Of a stretch of DNA of 64,000 bases, positions 1 to 11,226 are shown in pieces. The stretch's first letter is position 1; each line of letters opens with the position of its first letter. A program made the position numbers and the translations under genes. The notes under the pieces were generated by a model. That model saw only the letters and a program-made list of their open reading frames with translations. It had not been told where the DNA came from and searched no databases. This DNA comes from an uncultured Gammaproteobacteria bacterium. Its GTDB lineage: Bacteria; Pseudomonadota; Gammaproteobacteria; DRLM01. The stretch covers positions 64,001 through 128,000 of the forward strand of contig CAVSNY010000007.1 in the NCBI GenBank assembly GCA_963729605.1, given 5' to 3'.

Positions 1-910
<910 letters not shown>

Positions 911-931
911 TTTTTAAATCCTCTTCCGACC

Positions 932-1468
932 TTAGCGGGCCAAAGCCACTTGCAGCTTCGCCAATTGTCCCAACACGGAACCGTCAATGACCAAATCTCC
1001 CGCGCGAATGATCGCGCCGCCCAGCAGGCTCTGATCGACCTCGCTGGTCACGGTCACTTCCCGGCCCAAACGTTTTTTCAATGCCGCCGCCACCTGTTGC
1101 TTTTGCGCGTCGTCCACCGGGAACGCCGAGACCATATGGGCCTCCACGGTCCGCTCGGCATCGGCGCGATAGCCTTCGTACAGCGCGGCGATTTCCGGCA
1201 ACACCTTCAAGCGGCCGTTCTCGACCAGCAATTGGATGAGGTGTTGCGCCTCTTTAACGAACCGAGCGCCGCCGATGCCGATGACCAGCTCGGCCAGTTG
1301 CGCCTTGGATACCCGCGGATTACCCACCAGGGCATTGATCCGCTCATCCGACACAACCGCCGCCGCCAGCCGCAGCATCTCCGACCAGCGCGGCAACTCG
1401 TTGCGTCCCCGCGCCAGCTCGAATACGGCCAGGGCATAGGGACGCGCGATGGTGGTTTTCTCTGCCAT
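932..1468 (-). CDS. atpH: ATP synthase subunit delta
   Basis: MAEKTTIARPYA...LLGGAIIRAGDLVIDGSV, OSCP/delta signature; operon position. Confidence 0.96.
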   Translation of the reverse strand: MAEKTTIARPYALAVFELARGRNELPRWSEMLRLAAAVVSDERINALVGNPRVSKAQLAELVIGIGGARFVKEAQHLIQLLVENGRLKVLPEIAALYEGYRADAERTVEAHMVSAFPVDDAQKQQVAAALKKRLGREVTVTSEVDQSLLGGAIIRAGDLVIDGSVLGQLAKLQVALAR

Positions 1469-1483
1469 GAGTGTCTCGCCCTG

Positions 1484-1954
1484 TTAAATCTGCGCCACTA
1501 AATCTTTGAGCAGATCGCCGTGGGCCTTCGCGTCGATTTCCCGGCTGAGGATGCGCTGGGCACCCGCCACCGACACCGACACCACTTGGCCGCGCAGCTG
1601 CTCCTTGGCGCGATTGACCTCCTGGTCGATCTCCGCCTTGGCGGCGAGCAACAAACGCTCGGCTTCGGTACGGGCACCTTGCTTGGCCTCTTCGACGATT
1701 TCGCCGCCACGCTTTTCCGCTTGGGCGATGATCTCACCGGCCTGGGCCTTGGCTTCGCGCACCAATTCCTTGGCGTGCTCTTCCGCGCGCACCAATTCGT
1801 GCTGGCCCTTGTCGGCCGCGGCCAACCCGTCGGCGATACGCTTCTGGCGGTCCGTCATCATCTTGGTAACGGGACCCCACAGCAGCTTGTTGACGAACCA
1901 GATCAGCGCCACGAAGGCGATAATCTGGGCAATCAGGGTTGCTGTAATATTCAC
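1484..1954 (-). CDS. atpF: ATP synthase subunit b
   Basis: MNITATLIAQ N-terminal TM helix, RQKRIADGL coiled coil, 156 aa. Confidence 0.96.
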   Translation of the reverse strand: MNITATLIAQIIAFVALIWFVNKLLWGPVTKMMTDRQKRIADGLAAADKGQHELVRAEEHAKELVREAKAQAGEIIAQAEKRGGEIVEEAKQGARTEAERLLLAAKAEIDQEVNRAKEQLRGQVVSVSVAGAQRILSREIDAKAHGDLLKDLVAQI

Positions 1955-2002
1955 GATCAGCTCCTCGTCAGGTTATGACGTTTACAACGTCAAGCAACTC
2001 GC

Positions 2003-2296
2003 TTAGACGCCGGCGGCGCCCAAAGCGGATTGCAGGGCACCGACGAAGGGGTTGGCGAACAGGAACCACATCGCGAAGGCCAAGATGATGAAGGGGAACG
2101 ATTCCATCAAACCGGCGAAGATGAACATATTGGTCATCAGCGCGGGGCGCATCTCGGGCTGGCGCGCGATACCTTCCAGGGTCTTGGCGCAGATCAGGCC
2201 CCAGCCGATGGCGGAACCCAGGCCGGCGGCGGCCAGAATCACGCCCACGCCGACGGCGGTGTACGCGTAGATCATGGAAATCATTTCAGCTGTCAT
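2003..2296 (-). CDS. atpE: ATP synthase subunit c
   Basis: Helical hairpin with ARQPE loop and acidic ion-binding residue (LMESFP). Confidence 0.95.
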   Translation of the reverse strand: MTAEMISMIYAYTAVGVGVILAAAGLGSAIGWGLICAKTLEGIARQPEMRPALMTNMFIFAGLMESFPFIILAFAMWFLFANPFVGALQSALGAAGV

Positions 2297-2355
2297 AACA
2301 TTGTCTCCTTAAAAAATATAACTAAAAATCTATTGATAAAACCGGTCAAACAAGC

Positions 2356-3216
<861 letters not shown>

Positions 3217-3226
3217 TTAAAAAACT

Positions 3227-3607
3227 TTACGATCCGCCCCGCATGGCGACCAGATACACCAGTTGCGCGGCGATAAATCCCGCGACGGTGGGCAGCGGTT
3301 GAAGATTCAACATCGCCAGGCCTACGCCAAACAGGACCGCCACCAGCAGAAAACGCTGGGCGGCGCTCAAATACAAAATCAGCATGCTTTTTTTATGGTC
3401 GCGGGGCGCGGCGTTGGCGGCGCGCCTCACACCTCGGCTCAGCAGGAAGGCGACGACTACGCTGATCAACCCGCCGTATAAAGCGGACAGCGCCTCCCAA
3501 TGCCCTTTAACCAAAAAAAAACCCGCCGCCACCAGGACAAGCACACCCAACTGGAGTCCCAAGACCCGGCGGGTGGCACTGCCTATCTCACTTGCGTCGG
3601 CGTTCAA
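3227..3607 (-). CDS. atpI: ATP synthase protein I
   Basis: 126 aa hydrophobic 4-TM protein directly upstream of atpB. Confidence 0.85.
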   Translation of the reverse strand: MNADASEIGSATRRVLGLQLGVLVLVAAGFFLVKGHWEALSALYGGLISVVVAFLLSRGVRRAANAAPRDHKKSMLILYLSAAQRFLLVAVLFGVGLAMLNLQPLPTVAGFIAAQLVYLVAMRGGS

Positions 3608-3610
3608 ATT

Positions 3611-3814
3611 CTATCCGTGCCCACTGCCCAGCAACCGGTGGGCCTTAATGATGCCGCCCACGAAACCCAGGCCGCCCAGCAACATCATGAATACCGGACT
3701 GGTCAGCAGCCAGGCATCCAAGGCGAAACCCAGGCCGAAGCCGGTGATCACCATCGCGGCGAGATGGGTGCCGACACCGATCAGCAGCATCCCGGCCCCC
3801 TTTGAGTTCTGCAT
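3611..3814 (-). CDS. AtpZ/AtpI-family (gene 1) small membrane protein
   Basis: MQNSKGAG...GFGLGFALDAWLLTSP 2-TM pattern; start set at the internal ATG 3814. Confidence 0.75.
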   Translation of the reverse strand: MQNSKGAGMLLIGVGTHLAAMVITGFGLGFALDAWLLTSPVFMMLLGGLGFVGGIIKAHRLLGSGHG

Positions 3815-4108
3815 GGGCGAAGGGCCTCTAAAACAGGCGCGAGAGTATAAGCGAGCGCCTGCCGGGCCGCAAGCATCGAGCCTAGCCCAGCGGCGCACTG
3901 CGCGCCCCATTGCAGCCGGGCGGGCGCAGTATAGAAGACTCATTCTTAAGGGTCAATGTAAAAACCGGCTATTTATGGCCGCCCTATAAGAGGGCGGTGC
4001 GCCATGGAAGAGGCCGGTGCTTAACGGGCTGCCGGGGGCGCGACTACGGTTGACAGGAGCGGACCGCAACGGGCACCGCCACGCTCGCCTACCCCAGCGA
4101 TCCGAAGC

Positions 4109-4144
4109 CTGACCGTTTCACCGATGTGCAAACGGGGGTTAGAC
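4109..4144 (-). mobile_element. Collapsed attC-like site (R''-L''-L'-G)
   Basis: Minus strand GTCTAAC-CCCCG-TTTGCAC-ATCG-GTGAAA-CGGTCA-G; R'' overlaps the stop codon of 4139..4642; L boxes pair with one bulged base. Confidence 0.55.
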
Positions 4145-4642
4145 CACCCTTGTCGGTGACGTATCTTTATATAAAACGGATCGCGCCAGTAGCGCATCTA
4201 CGAACTTGGCGAATTCCGGGTAGTAGTTTCGGTAACTCTCGTGAATATGACGGAACTCCTCGTCCGCTATGTAAAACTCAGTCCACAGTTCCCCCCAGTG
4301 ACTGCCAAGTGGATCGCTCAGGCCCATATTCTTCAGCGTGTGCAGGAAGGCAAGATATTCATAGTGCTTCGCCATCATGATGGACTTGCGTATGGCTTTA
4401 TCGTCATTCTTGTACAGGGTGTCGTACTGTTCTTGAGAAATGTAATTGGTCGGTTTCAAGTGGAACTCCGAAACCTCTTGGTCTGAAACCGGTTCATAGG
4501 TACGCCAGTACATCTCAAACCGGTCTCGCAACAGATGCGCCTTCGAAAGACGATTTTGAATGACCGTTTGCCACAACAGGACGAGCAACGTGATCATGAT
4601 GACGATGACGTTCGCGAGCTGTATCAGGTCTCCAATATCCAT
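4139..4642 (-). CDS. Hypothetical protein with N-terminal TM helix (cassette-type ORF)
   Basis: 167 aa ORF, GAGG RBS, visibly lower GC than flanks, preceded by GTTAGGT at 4670-4664. Confidence 0.8.
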   Translation of the reverse strand: MDIGDLIQLANVIVIMITLLVLLWQTVIQNRLSKAHLLRDRFEMYWRTYEPVSDQEVSEFHLKPTNYISQEQYDTLYKNDDKAIRKSIMMAKHYEYLAFLHTLKNMGLSDPLGSHWGELWTEFYIADEEFRHIHESYRNYYPEFAKFVDALLARSVLYKDTSPTRVV

Positions 4643-4704
4643 GGTTGAGTCCTCGTATAAGGCACCTAACCAGCCTCGGCAAACCGGCCGCCCTCAGGCA
4701 AGTT

Positions 4705-5592
4705 CTATTTGATGTGGGCGAGTATGCCCTCCAGTTCGTCGAGGCTGTTGTACTGGATCACCAGCTTGCCCTTGCCCTTGGCGCCGTGCTGTACCTCCAC
4801 GCCGGCGCCCAGTTTTTCCGATAAGTCTTCCTGCAAGCGGCGGATGTCGGGATCGAGCCCGGTCTTTTTAATCGGCGCGGGGGTGGCGCCGCCGGCGAGC
4901 AGGCGCCGCACCAAGGATTCGGTCTCGCGTACCGACAGGCCTTTGCTCACCACCTGTCGCGCGGCGGCGCTTTGCGCCGCGCCTTTCAAGGCCAGCAGGG
5001 CGCGGGCGTGACCCATCTCCAGCTCGCGGTGTTCCAGCATGCGTTTCAGGTCATCGTGTAAATCCAGGAGCCGCAGTAAATTGGAAACCGCCACCCGCGA
5101 GCGTCCCACCGCCTCGGCCACTTCCTGGTGAGTGAGATCGAATTCCTTGATCAAACGCTGCAAGGCGTTGGCCTCTTCCATGGGATTGAGATTTTCCCGC
5201 TGGATGTTTTCGATGAGGGCCATGGCCATGGCGGCCCGGTCGGGCACATCGCGCACCACGGCGGGAATGTCTTGCAACCCCGCCAGCTGCGCCGCCCGCC
5301 AGCGCCGTTCGCCGGCGATGATTTCGTATTCGCCCTTGCCGTCGGGCTTGACCACGATGGGCTGCACCACGCCCTGGGCGCGGATCGAATCGGCCAAGTC
5401 TTGCAGGCTTTCCGTGTGCATATCCACCCGCGGTTGATATTTACCGCGGCGGATCAGGTCCACCGGCAGGTGGCGCAGCTCGCTGTCCTGCGGCGGTTTG
5501 GCCGTACCGGCGGGCGGGGAGGACGGGGCGGGCTCGAGATTGCCGAGCAGCGCGTCCAATCCGCGACCCAGTCCACGCTTTTTAGTCACCAT
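4705..5592 (-). CDS. parB: Chromosome partitioning protein ParB
   Basis: GLGRGLDALL, YQPR, GERRWRAA, ENIQRENL motifs. Confidence 0.96.
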   Translation of the reverse strand: MVTKKRGLGRGLDALLGNLEPAPSSPPAGTAKPPQDSELRHLPVDLIRRGKYQPRVDMHTESLQDLADSIRAQGVVQPIVVKPDGKGEYEIIAGERRWRAAQLAGLQDIPAVVRDVPDRAAMAMALIENIQRENLNPMEEANALQRLIKEFDLTHQEVAEAVGRSRVAVSNLLRLLDLHDDLKRMLEHRELEMGHARALLALKGAAQSAAARQVVSKGLSVRETESLVRRLLAGGATPAPIKKTGLDPDIRRLQEDLSEKLGAGVEVQHGAKGKGKLVIQYNSLDELEGILAHIK

Positions 5593-5637
5593 AATGTGTG
5601 TCCGTCCGTTTGAGCGGGCTTTTGAGTGGCTTGGGGC

Positions 5638-6441
5638 TTAAGTCGCCGCGGCCGCCGCGGTATGCGTTGCACGCGATTGTTCGGCCCGCCGCAGCACTTC
5701 GCCGGCCAGGGCGAGGTAGGCCTGCGCGCCGCGGGAGGTTTTATCATAAAGCAGCACCGGCAGGCCATGGCTGGGCGCCTCGGCCACCCGCACGTTGCGC
5801 GGGATCACCGTGCGGTACAAGCGCTCGCCAAAGTGGTTGACCAGCTGCGCGGAGACCTCGTTGGCCAGGTTGTTGCGCGGGTCGAACATGGTGCGCAACA
5901 CGCCTTGCACCTGCAAGGCGGGATTGAGCGTGGCGCGGATCTTGTCCACGGTTTTCATGAGGGCCGACAAACCCTCCAGCGCGTAATACTCGCATTGCAT
6001 GGGAATCAGCACACCCTCGGCGCCGACCAGGGCGTTGAGGGTCAGCATGTTCAACGAAGGCGGGCAGTCGATGAGGATGTAGTCGTAGTCGGCGCGCACC
6101 GCCGCCAAGGCGCGCTTGAGACGCTGTTCGCGCTGCGGCAAGTCCAGCAGCGCGATCTCGGCGCCGGTCAGATCATCGTTGGCCGGCAGCAGATCGAACC
6201 CGGACTGTCCCGCCGGCACCGTCACCGCGCGGATCTCGCGTTCTTCCACCAGCACGTCATAAATAGACGACGCCACGGTGCGCTTGTCCACCCCGCTGCC
6301 CATGGTGGCGTTGCCCTGGGGATCGAGGTCGATCAGCAACACCCGGCGTTTGGTGGCCGCCAGCGAGGCGGCCAGGTTGACCGAGGTGGTGGTCTTACCC
6401 ACCCCGCCCTTTTGATTGGTGATGGCGATGATGCTGCTCAA
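5638..6441 (-). CDS. parA: Chromosome partitioning ATPase ParA/Soj
   Basis: NQKGGVGKTT deviant Walker A, DLDPQGNAT, IDCPP; probable TTG start at 6441. Confidence 0.95.
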   Translation of the reverse strand: MSSIIAITNQKGGVGKTTTSVNLAASLAATKRRVLLIDLDPQGNATMGSGVDKRTVASSIYDVLVEEREIRAVTVPAGQSGFDLLPANDDLTGAEIALLDLPQREQRLKRALAAVRADYDYILIDCPPSLNMLTLNALVGAEGVLIPMQCEYYALEGLSALMKTVDKIRATLNPALQVQGVLRTMFDPRNNLANEVSAQLVNHFGERLYRTVIPRNVRVAEAPSHGLPVLLYDKTSRGAQAYLALAGEVLRRAEQSRATHTAAAAAT

Positions 6442-6570
6442 TCCCGTATGCCTTATATGCTGTGAGCGTTTCGATGGTCCGGCGATTATACGGCAGGGCG
6501 CGGGCGGCGCCACCCCGCGCGCCGCCGGAAAAGCGTTCACGCATCAACTTAACTGCCGTGACGCTGTTAA

Positions 6571-6712
6571 TAAAGCAAGCTCTGACTTTATTCAGGCCCG
6601 CGGCACACGCAGGCGCCGCCATTTTCAATGGGTGGTTGGCCCCGGCGGGCGCAAGGACGCGCGGGAGTAGCGGTGTGCTGAAAATGCCGGCATGGAATTA
6701 TTTTTAGCGCTC
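6571..6712 (+). repeat. Degenerate copy of multi-hairpin MITE-like repeat
   Basis: Retains CTCTGACTTTATTCAG, GCGGCACACGCAGGCGCCGCCATTTTCAATGG and TGAAAATG...GGAATTATT blocks of the 13161 copy. Confidence 0.65.
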
Positions 6713-6858
6713 GTCGAAAGGGTGAGGCAAAACCGGCGCTGGGCGCGATGCGAAGGGAAGCTCATCGACCCGCGGGCCGTGGCGGCCTGCTTGGGGTGGC
6801 AGCGGGCGAGCACATCCCCGTCGGGGACGCCGACCTCCGCCCGCTACCCGGGAGGCGG

Positions 6859-8352
6859 TTAGACGCGGAAGCGGTCCACCTTCGACTTCAGCTCGACGGC
6901 GACGTCGGCGAGCGTTTGGCTGGTATCTTGGGCCTGTCTACCCATCTCCGCCGTCTCGTTGCTGGTATCGCGGATGGAGTGAATGCCGCGATTGATCTCC
7001 ATCATGACCGCGCTTTGTTCCTCGGCGGCGCTGGCGATTTGATTGGTCATGTCGCTGATGCGGGCCACCGACTCGATGATATCGTGCAAGGACCGTCCGA
7101 CGACTTCCGATTCCTTGGCGCCCTCTTGCGCGAGGGCGCCGCCCTGGGCCATGACCTGCACGGCCTGTTCGGAGTTCTGCTGCAAGCGTTCGATCATGGC
7201 GTGAATCTCGCGGGTCGAGTCCTGGGTGCGACTGGCCAGGGTCCGCACCTCGTCGGCCACCACGGCGAAACCGCGGCCCTGCTCGCCGGCCCGCGCCGCC
7301 TCGATCGCGGCATTGAGGGCGAGCAGATTGGTCTGATCGGCGATACCGCGGATTACGTCCACGATACCGCTGATATTGTTTGCATCGGCGGCGAGCTGTT
7401 TGATGACCGCCGCGGCCCGGTCCACTTCCTGGGCCAGGTTCACGACCAGTTTAATGGCCTTGTTCACCACCTGCTGACTGGTACTGGCGTCCTGGTTGGC
7501 GGAACTGGCCAGCTCCGCCGCCGTGCCGACGCTGCGGGCCACATCGCCCACCGACGAGGTGATTTCGTCGATCGCGGTCACGACGTGATCGGCTTCCGAC
7601 TTCTGCCTTTCTGTGGCGTGATGCGTATCGGTGGTCAGTTTATCCAATTGCTCCACCGTAGCCGCCAGCCGTTCGGAGGCGTCCACCACCGATTTAATCA
7701 TGTGGTGCACGCTATCCATATAACGCTGAAAACCCTGCGACACCGGGCTGTGGCTCGTGTGCGGACGCCAGGTCAAATCGATGATGCCGTCGTCTCGCGC
7801 CAGGTATTGGGTGACGCTGTACATCTCCTCGCTCTCCACCAGATCGCGCCGGCCGAGGACCGCCATATACACCAGAATGGCCGCCTCGAACACCACGAAC
7901 GCCGCGTGGGTGAGCACGAGACCCAAGCCGGTGCCGTGGTCGAACACATGCACCCCGTAACCCCATTGCTGCAGGTAATTGAAGACCAGATGATGAAGGG
8001 CGATGACCACGGTCGCCATGATCACCGGCCGCCAATCGCGGTAAAAAAGCAGAAAGGCCAGCAGGGCGAAAATGCCGAAGTGCATCTCGATCATGCCGTG
8101 GCCCTGATGAATCAGCAGGCCCGAATACACCATAAAAGCGGCCGCGATCACCAGGCGGCTGGCCAGCGACGCGGGATGGAAACGGGCGACCAGGGTCGCG
8201 ATCAACGCGGCAGGCAAACCCACCAGCAGCGCCGCTTGCCAGGTGTCGTGCCAACCGGCCAGGCCCAACGAGAGCATGAATAATCCCCAGCAGACTCCCA
8301 CCATGATGCGGTCGCCCTGGCGGTAAACTCTAAAATGCAATGGACCTGTCAT
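6859..8352 (-). CDS. Methyl-accepting chemotaxis protein with multi-TM N-terminus
   Basis: [34 protein letters not shown] signalling hairpin; start moved to ATG 8352 (AGGA RBS, downstream of sigma28-like promoter). Confidence 0.92.
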   Translation of the reverse strand: MTGPLHFRVYRQGDRIMVGVCWGLFMLSLGLAGWHDTWQAALLVGLPAALIATLVARFHPASLASRLVIAAAFMVYSGLLIHQGHGMIEMHFGIFALLAFLLFYRDWRPVIMATVVIALHHLVFNYLQQWGYGVHVFDHGTGLGLVLTHAAFVVFEAAILVYMAVLGRRDLVESEEMYSVTQYLARDDGIIDLTWRPHTSHSPVSQGFQRYMDSVHHMIKSVVDASERLAATVEQLDKLTTDTHHATERQKSEADHVVTAIDEITSSVGDVARSVGTAAELASSANQDASTSQQVVNKAIKLVVNLAQEVDRAAAVIKQLAADANNISGIVDVIRGIADQTNLLALNAAIEAARAGEQGRGFAVVADEVRTLASRTQDSTREIHAMIERLQQNSEQAVQVMAQGGALAQEGAKESEVVGRSLHDIIESVARISDMTNQIASAAEEQSAVMMEINRGIHSIRDTSNETAEMGRQAQDTSQTLADVAVELKSKVDRFRV

Positions 8353-8397
8353 TAATTTTTTTCCTGAAGACGGGCTTGTATACCCAATTTTCATGAG

Positions 8398-8424
8398 TAA
8401 TCGGCCGCCGCGAAAAAAAATTAA
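8398..8424 (-). promoter_or_regulatory. Sigma28 (FliA)-type promoter of MCP gene
   Basis: TTAATTTT-N11-GCCGATTA versus consensus TAAAGTTT-N11-GCCGATAA. Confidence 0.65.
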
Positions 8425-8552
8425 GCTGGCGAGAGGATCGTCGCCGTATGTCAGGGGATTCCGTCCGCCTCTCGGCGGTGGGTATGTACCCCAAATAAAA
8501 TTGGGCTCTTCGGAAAAATTAGTGGGTAGAAATATAAGCGGCGGATTTGTAG

Positions 8553-8724
<172 letters not shown>

Positions 8725-8831
8725 CATCGCCAAGCCGGAAACCGGTCTCGACATCTTTCGTAGGCCAAGCAAGACCAGGCGCTTCATGCGCCGCCGTTTT
8801 TTGCTCTTCTCGCCGAGATCATGACCGGCTC

Positions 8832-9491
8832 TTAAACGTCCCGCCGCACGCGGACCAAGTGTCGTTCTTCGCCGAGCTCGGGCACGTGGAGACGAAGAAT
8901 GTCTTCCACTTGAAAACCTTTGGGCAGATCCGCCGCTTCCTCGGCGGGGTCCCGGCCCTTCATCGCCAGCATCAACCCACCGGGGCGGCAGAGCGGGCCG
9001 GCCACCGTGACGAACTGGCCGATGTTGCTGAAGGCGCGGGAGATGACGGTGTCGAATAACTCGGCGGGCCGATAGGCCTCCACCCGCCCCGTCTCCACCT
9101 CGACATTAGCCACACCCAGCTCACCCACCGCCTGGACGATGAAACGGGTTTTTTTGGCGACGGAATCGATCAAGGTGAAATGCAGGCCGGGCAACGCAAT
9201 CGCGAGCGGAATGCCGGGCAGGCCCGGCCCGCTGCCGACGTCCAACACCCGCGGGCCTTGAACATAGGGCGCCGCCGCCAGGCTGTCGAGCAAATGCCGG
9301 ATGACCATGTCGCGCTGCGAGGTCACGGCGGTGAGGTTGTAGACCCGATTCCATTTGTCCAGCAGCGCGGGATAACGCAGCAGGGCCGCTTGGTCCTCGA
9401 CGGGTATATTCATCCGCAAGGCGATCAAGCCGCGCGCGAGTAACTCGGCGAGGGGCGCGGGATTGGAAGAACGGGTTCCGGGTTTGGCCAT
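8832..9491 (-). CDS. rsmG: 16S rRNA m7G527 methyltransferase
   Basis: [28 protein letters not shown] motifs. Confidence 0.95.
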   Translation of the reverse strand: MAKPGTRSSNPAPLAELLARGLIALRMNIPVEDQAALLRYPALLDKWNRVYNLTAVTSQRDMVIRHLLDSLAAAPYVQGPRVLDVGSGPGLPGIPLAIALPGLHFTLIDSVAKKTRFIVQAVGELGVANVEVETGRVEAYRPAELFDTVISRAFSNIGQFVTVAGPLCRPGGLMLAMKGRDPAEEAADLPKGFQVEDILRLHVPELGEERHLVRVRRDV

Positions 9492-9521
9492 GGCGATGCG
9501 GCGGGTTGCGTGATTTGAAGG

Positions 9522-11141
9522 CTACACTTTATCACGGCCGGCGCGCGGCGGCCGGTCAGCGGGATGTTTCGCCGACCCGCCATCGGCCCAGGTCAGCCGA
9601 TTGCGGCCGGCCTTTTTGGAGAGATAAAGCATCCGGTCGGCGCGCTCCATGATGCCGGCCATGATCTCGGGCACCCTTTGCAAACTGGCGCGCACCGATT
9701 GCAGGTCATGGGCCTCGCTGCGCCAGGTGACGCCGCCGAACGAGGCGGTGAGCCGCACCTCGGCCCGCTCGTGGGGAAACAGCAGTTTTTCTATGGCGCG
9801 GCGCGCCCGCTCGGCGGCGATGCGCCCGCCGTCGGCATCGGTCTCCGGCAGCAGCAGACACATCTCTTCACCGCCGATCCGCGCCCCGACATCGGCGCTG
9901 CGCAACGTAGTCTTCAACACGCCGCTCACCGATTGCAGCACCGCGTCCCCGAACGGATGGCCGTAGCCGTCGTTGATTTTCTTGAAGTGATCGAGATCCA
10001 CCATCACCAGCGACAAAGGCCTGCCGGAACGGCTGTGGCGGCCGATCTCGGCGCCGAACAGTTCGTCGAAACGGCGCCGATTGACCAAGGTGGTGAGCGG
10101 ATCGTAATAAGCCAATTGCGCCAGACGCTCGTAGGCCAGTTGCAATTCTTCCGCCAGCCGCTCCCGTTCGGCGAGGGCATGCTCCAACCGCGGCGCACGA
10201 TCTTGCGCGTGCTCGGCGGTTTCGATCAACTCGCGGTTGGCGCGCCCGAGGATGTCATCGAAAGAGGGTTGCGGGCCGAGGCTTAAATTGAGGACGCCGG
10301 CCGCTTCCTGGACATAGGCGGGCACGGCGGCGAACAACTGGTCGGCGGTGGCGGCGTTGAAACCGAAATAATCGCCCAGCAGTTTCCGGCAACGGACCAG
10401 GGCCAGCCGTTTGTCGGTCGCGGCGAAGACCGCGGCTATCCAATCGGCGCAGGTGATGATGCGGGTGATGTTCAATTGCGCCAGAGGAGCCGCGTCGTGA
10501 AAATCGCCGTGGTGATTGGCGAGGGGAAAGGCCAAGTCGTCAGGCAGCGTCCAACTCTTGCACAACAAGGTCGCCACCTGGTCGTGGGTGGTGCCGAAAC
10601 GGGCCTGTTCCTCGCGATAACGCTCGTCGGGATTCAAGCCGCGCAGCCGTTCCCAGTCGGCCGCCTGTTCGGGAAACGTTAAAAACAGGCTGAGCAAACC
10701 GATGTCCTGCAACATGCCCACCGTGAAGGCCTCGTCCATGTCCACGCCGGTCATTTCCGCCAGCAGGCGCGCGCCGACGGCGCGATGCAACACCGTTTCC
10801 CAATAACTCAAGGCATCGAAACCGGGCAGACCGCCGATACGCAGGCTTTCCCGCGCGGAAAATCCCAGCACGAAATTCCGCAACGAGCGGTTGCCCATCA
10901 CCACCACCGCCTGCGCCACCGAATTCACCTCGCGGCCGATACCGAAAAACGGCGAATTGACCACCCGCAACAATTCCGCCACCAGCGCGGTGTCACTGCT
11001 GATGATGTCCGTCAACTGGCGGCTGGTGATGCTGGAATCGGCGACGGCGTGCATGACGCGGATCGCGACTTCGGGCGGCGACGGCAGATCGCCGGGCGTG
11101 ATGCGGCCGAGCTTGGTGAATAGGACCGCCGTATCATTCAT
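9522..11141 (-). CDS. HDOD-GGDEF diguanylate cyclase (paralog 2)
   Basis: N-terminal HDOD (LPSPP, LLRVVNSPFF, GMLQDIG); DLDHFKKINDGYGH; RSAD I-site; GGEEM. Confidence 0.9.
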   Translation of the reverse strand: MNDTAVLFTKLGRITPGDLPSPPEVAIRVMHAVADSSITSRQLTDIISSDTALVAELLRVVNSPFFGIGREVNSVAQAVVVMGNRSLRNFVLGFSARESLRIGGLPGFDALSYWETVLHRAVGARLLAEMTGVDMDEAFTVGMLQDIGLLSLFLTFPEQAADWERLRGLNPDERYREEQARFGTTHDQVATLLCKSWTLPDDLAFPLANHHGDFHDAAPLAQLNITRIITCADWIAAVFAATDKRLALVRCRKLLGDYFGFNAATADQLFAAVPAYVQEAAGVLNLSLGPQPSFDDILGRANRELIETAEHAQDRAPRLEHALAERERLAEELQLAYERLAQLAYYDPLTTLVNRRRFDELFGAEIGRHSRSGRPLSLVMVDLDHFKKINDGYGHPFGDAVLQSVSGVLKTTLRSADVGARIGGEEMCLLLPETDADGGRIAAERARRAIEKLLFPHERAEVRLTASFGGVTWRSEAHDLQSVRASLQRVPEIMAGIMERADRMLYLSKKAGRNRLTWADGGSAKHPADRPPRAGRDKV

Positions 11142-11226
11142 GGAATCATTCCTCGTCCGTTATTTCTCCGTTGCCGTTGCCATCAGACCAGTGCGTCACC
11201 CTACGCCGCCCGCACGCCTCTTTCAC

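Noticed and set aside
2003-2296. Na+-specific ATP synthase c-ring (ES at the ion site)
   Set aside because: The N-terminal helix has Trp (IGWG) where Na+ c-rings have Gln, and no T/Y ligands follow, so H+ coupling is more likely.
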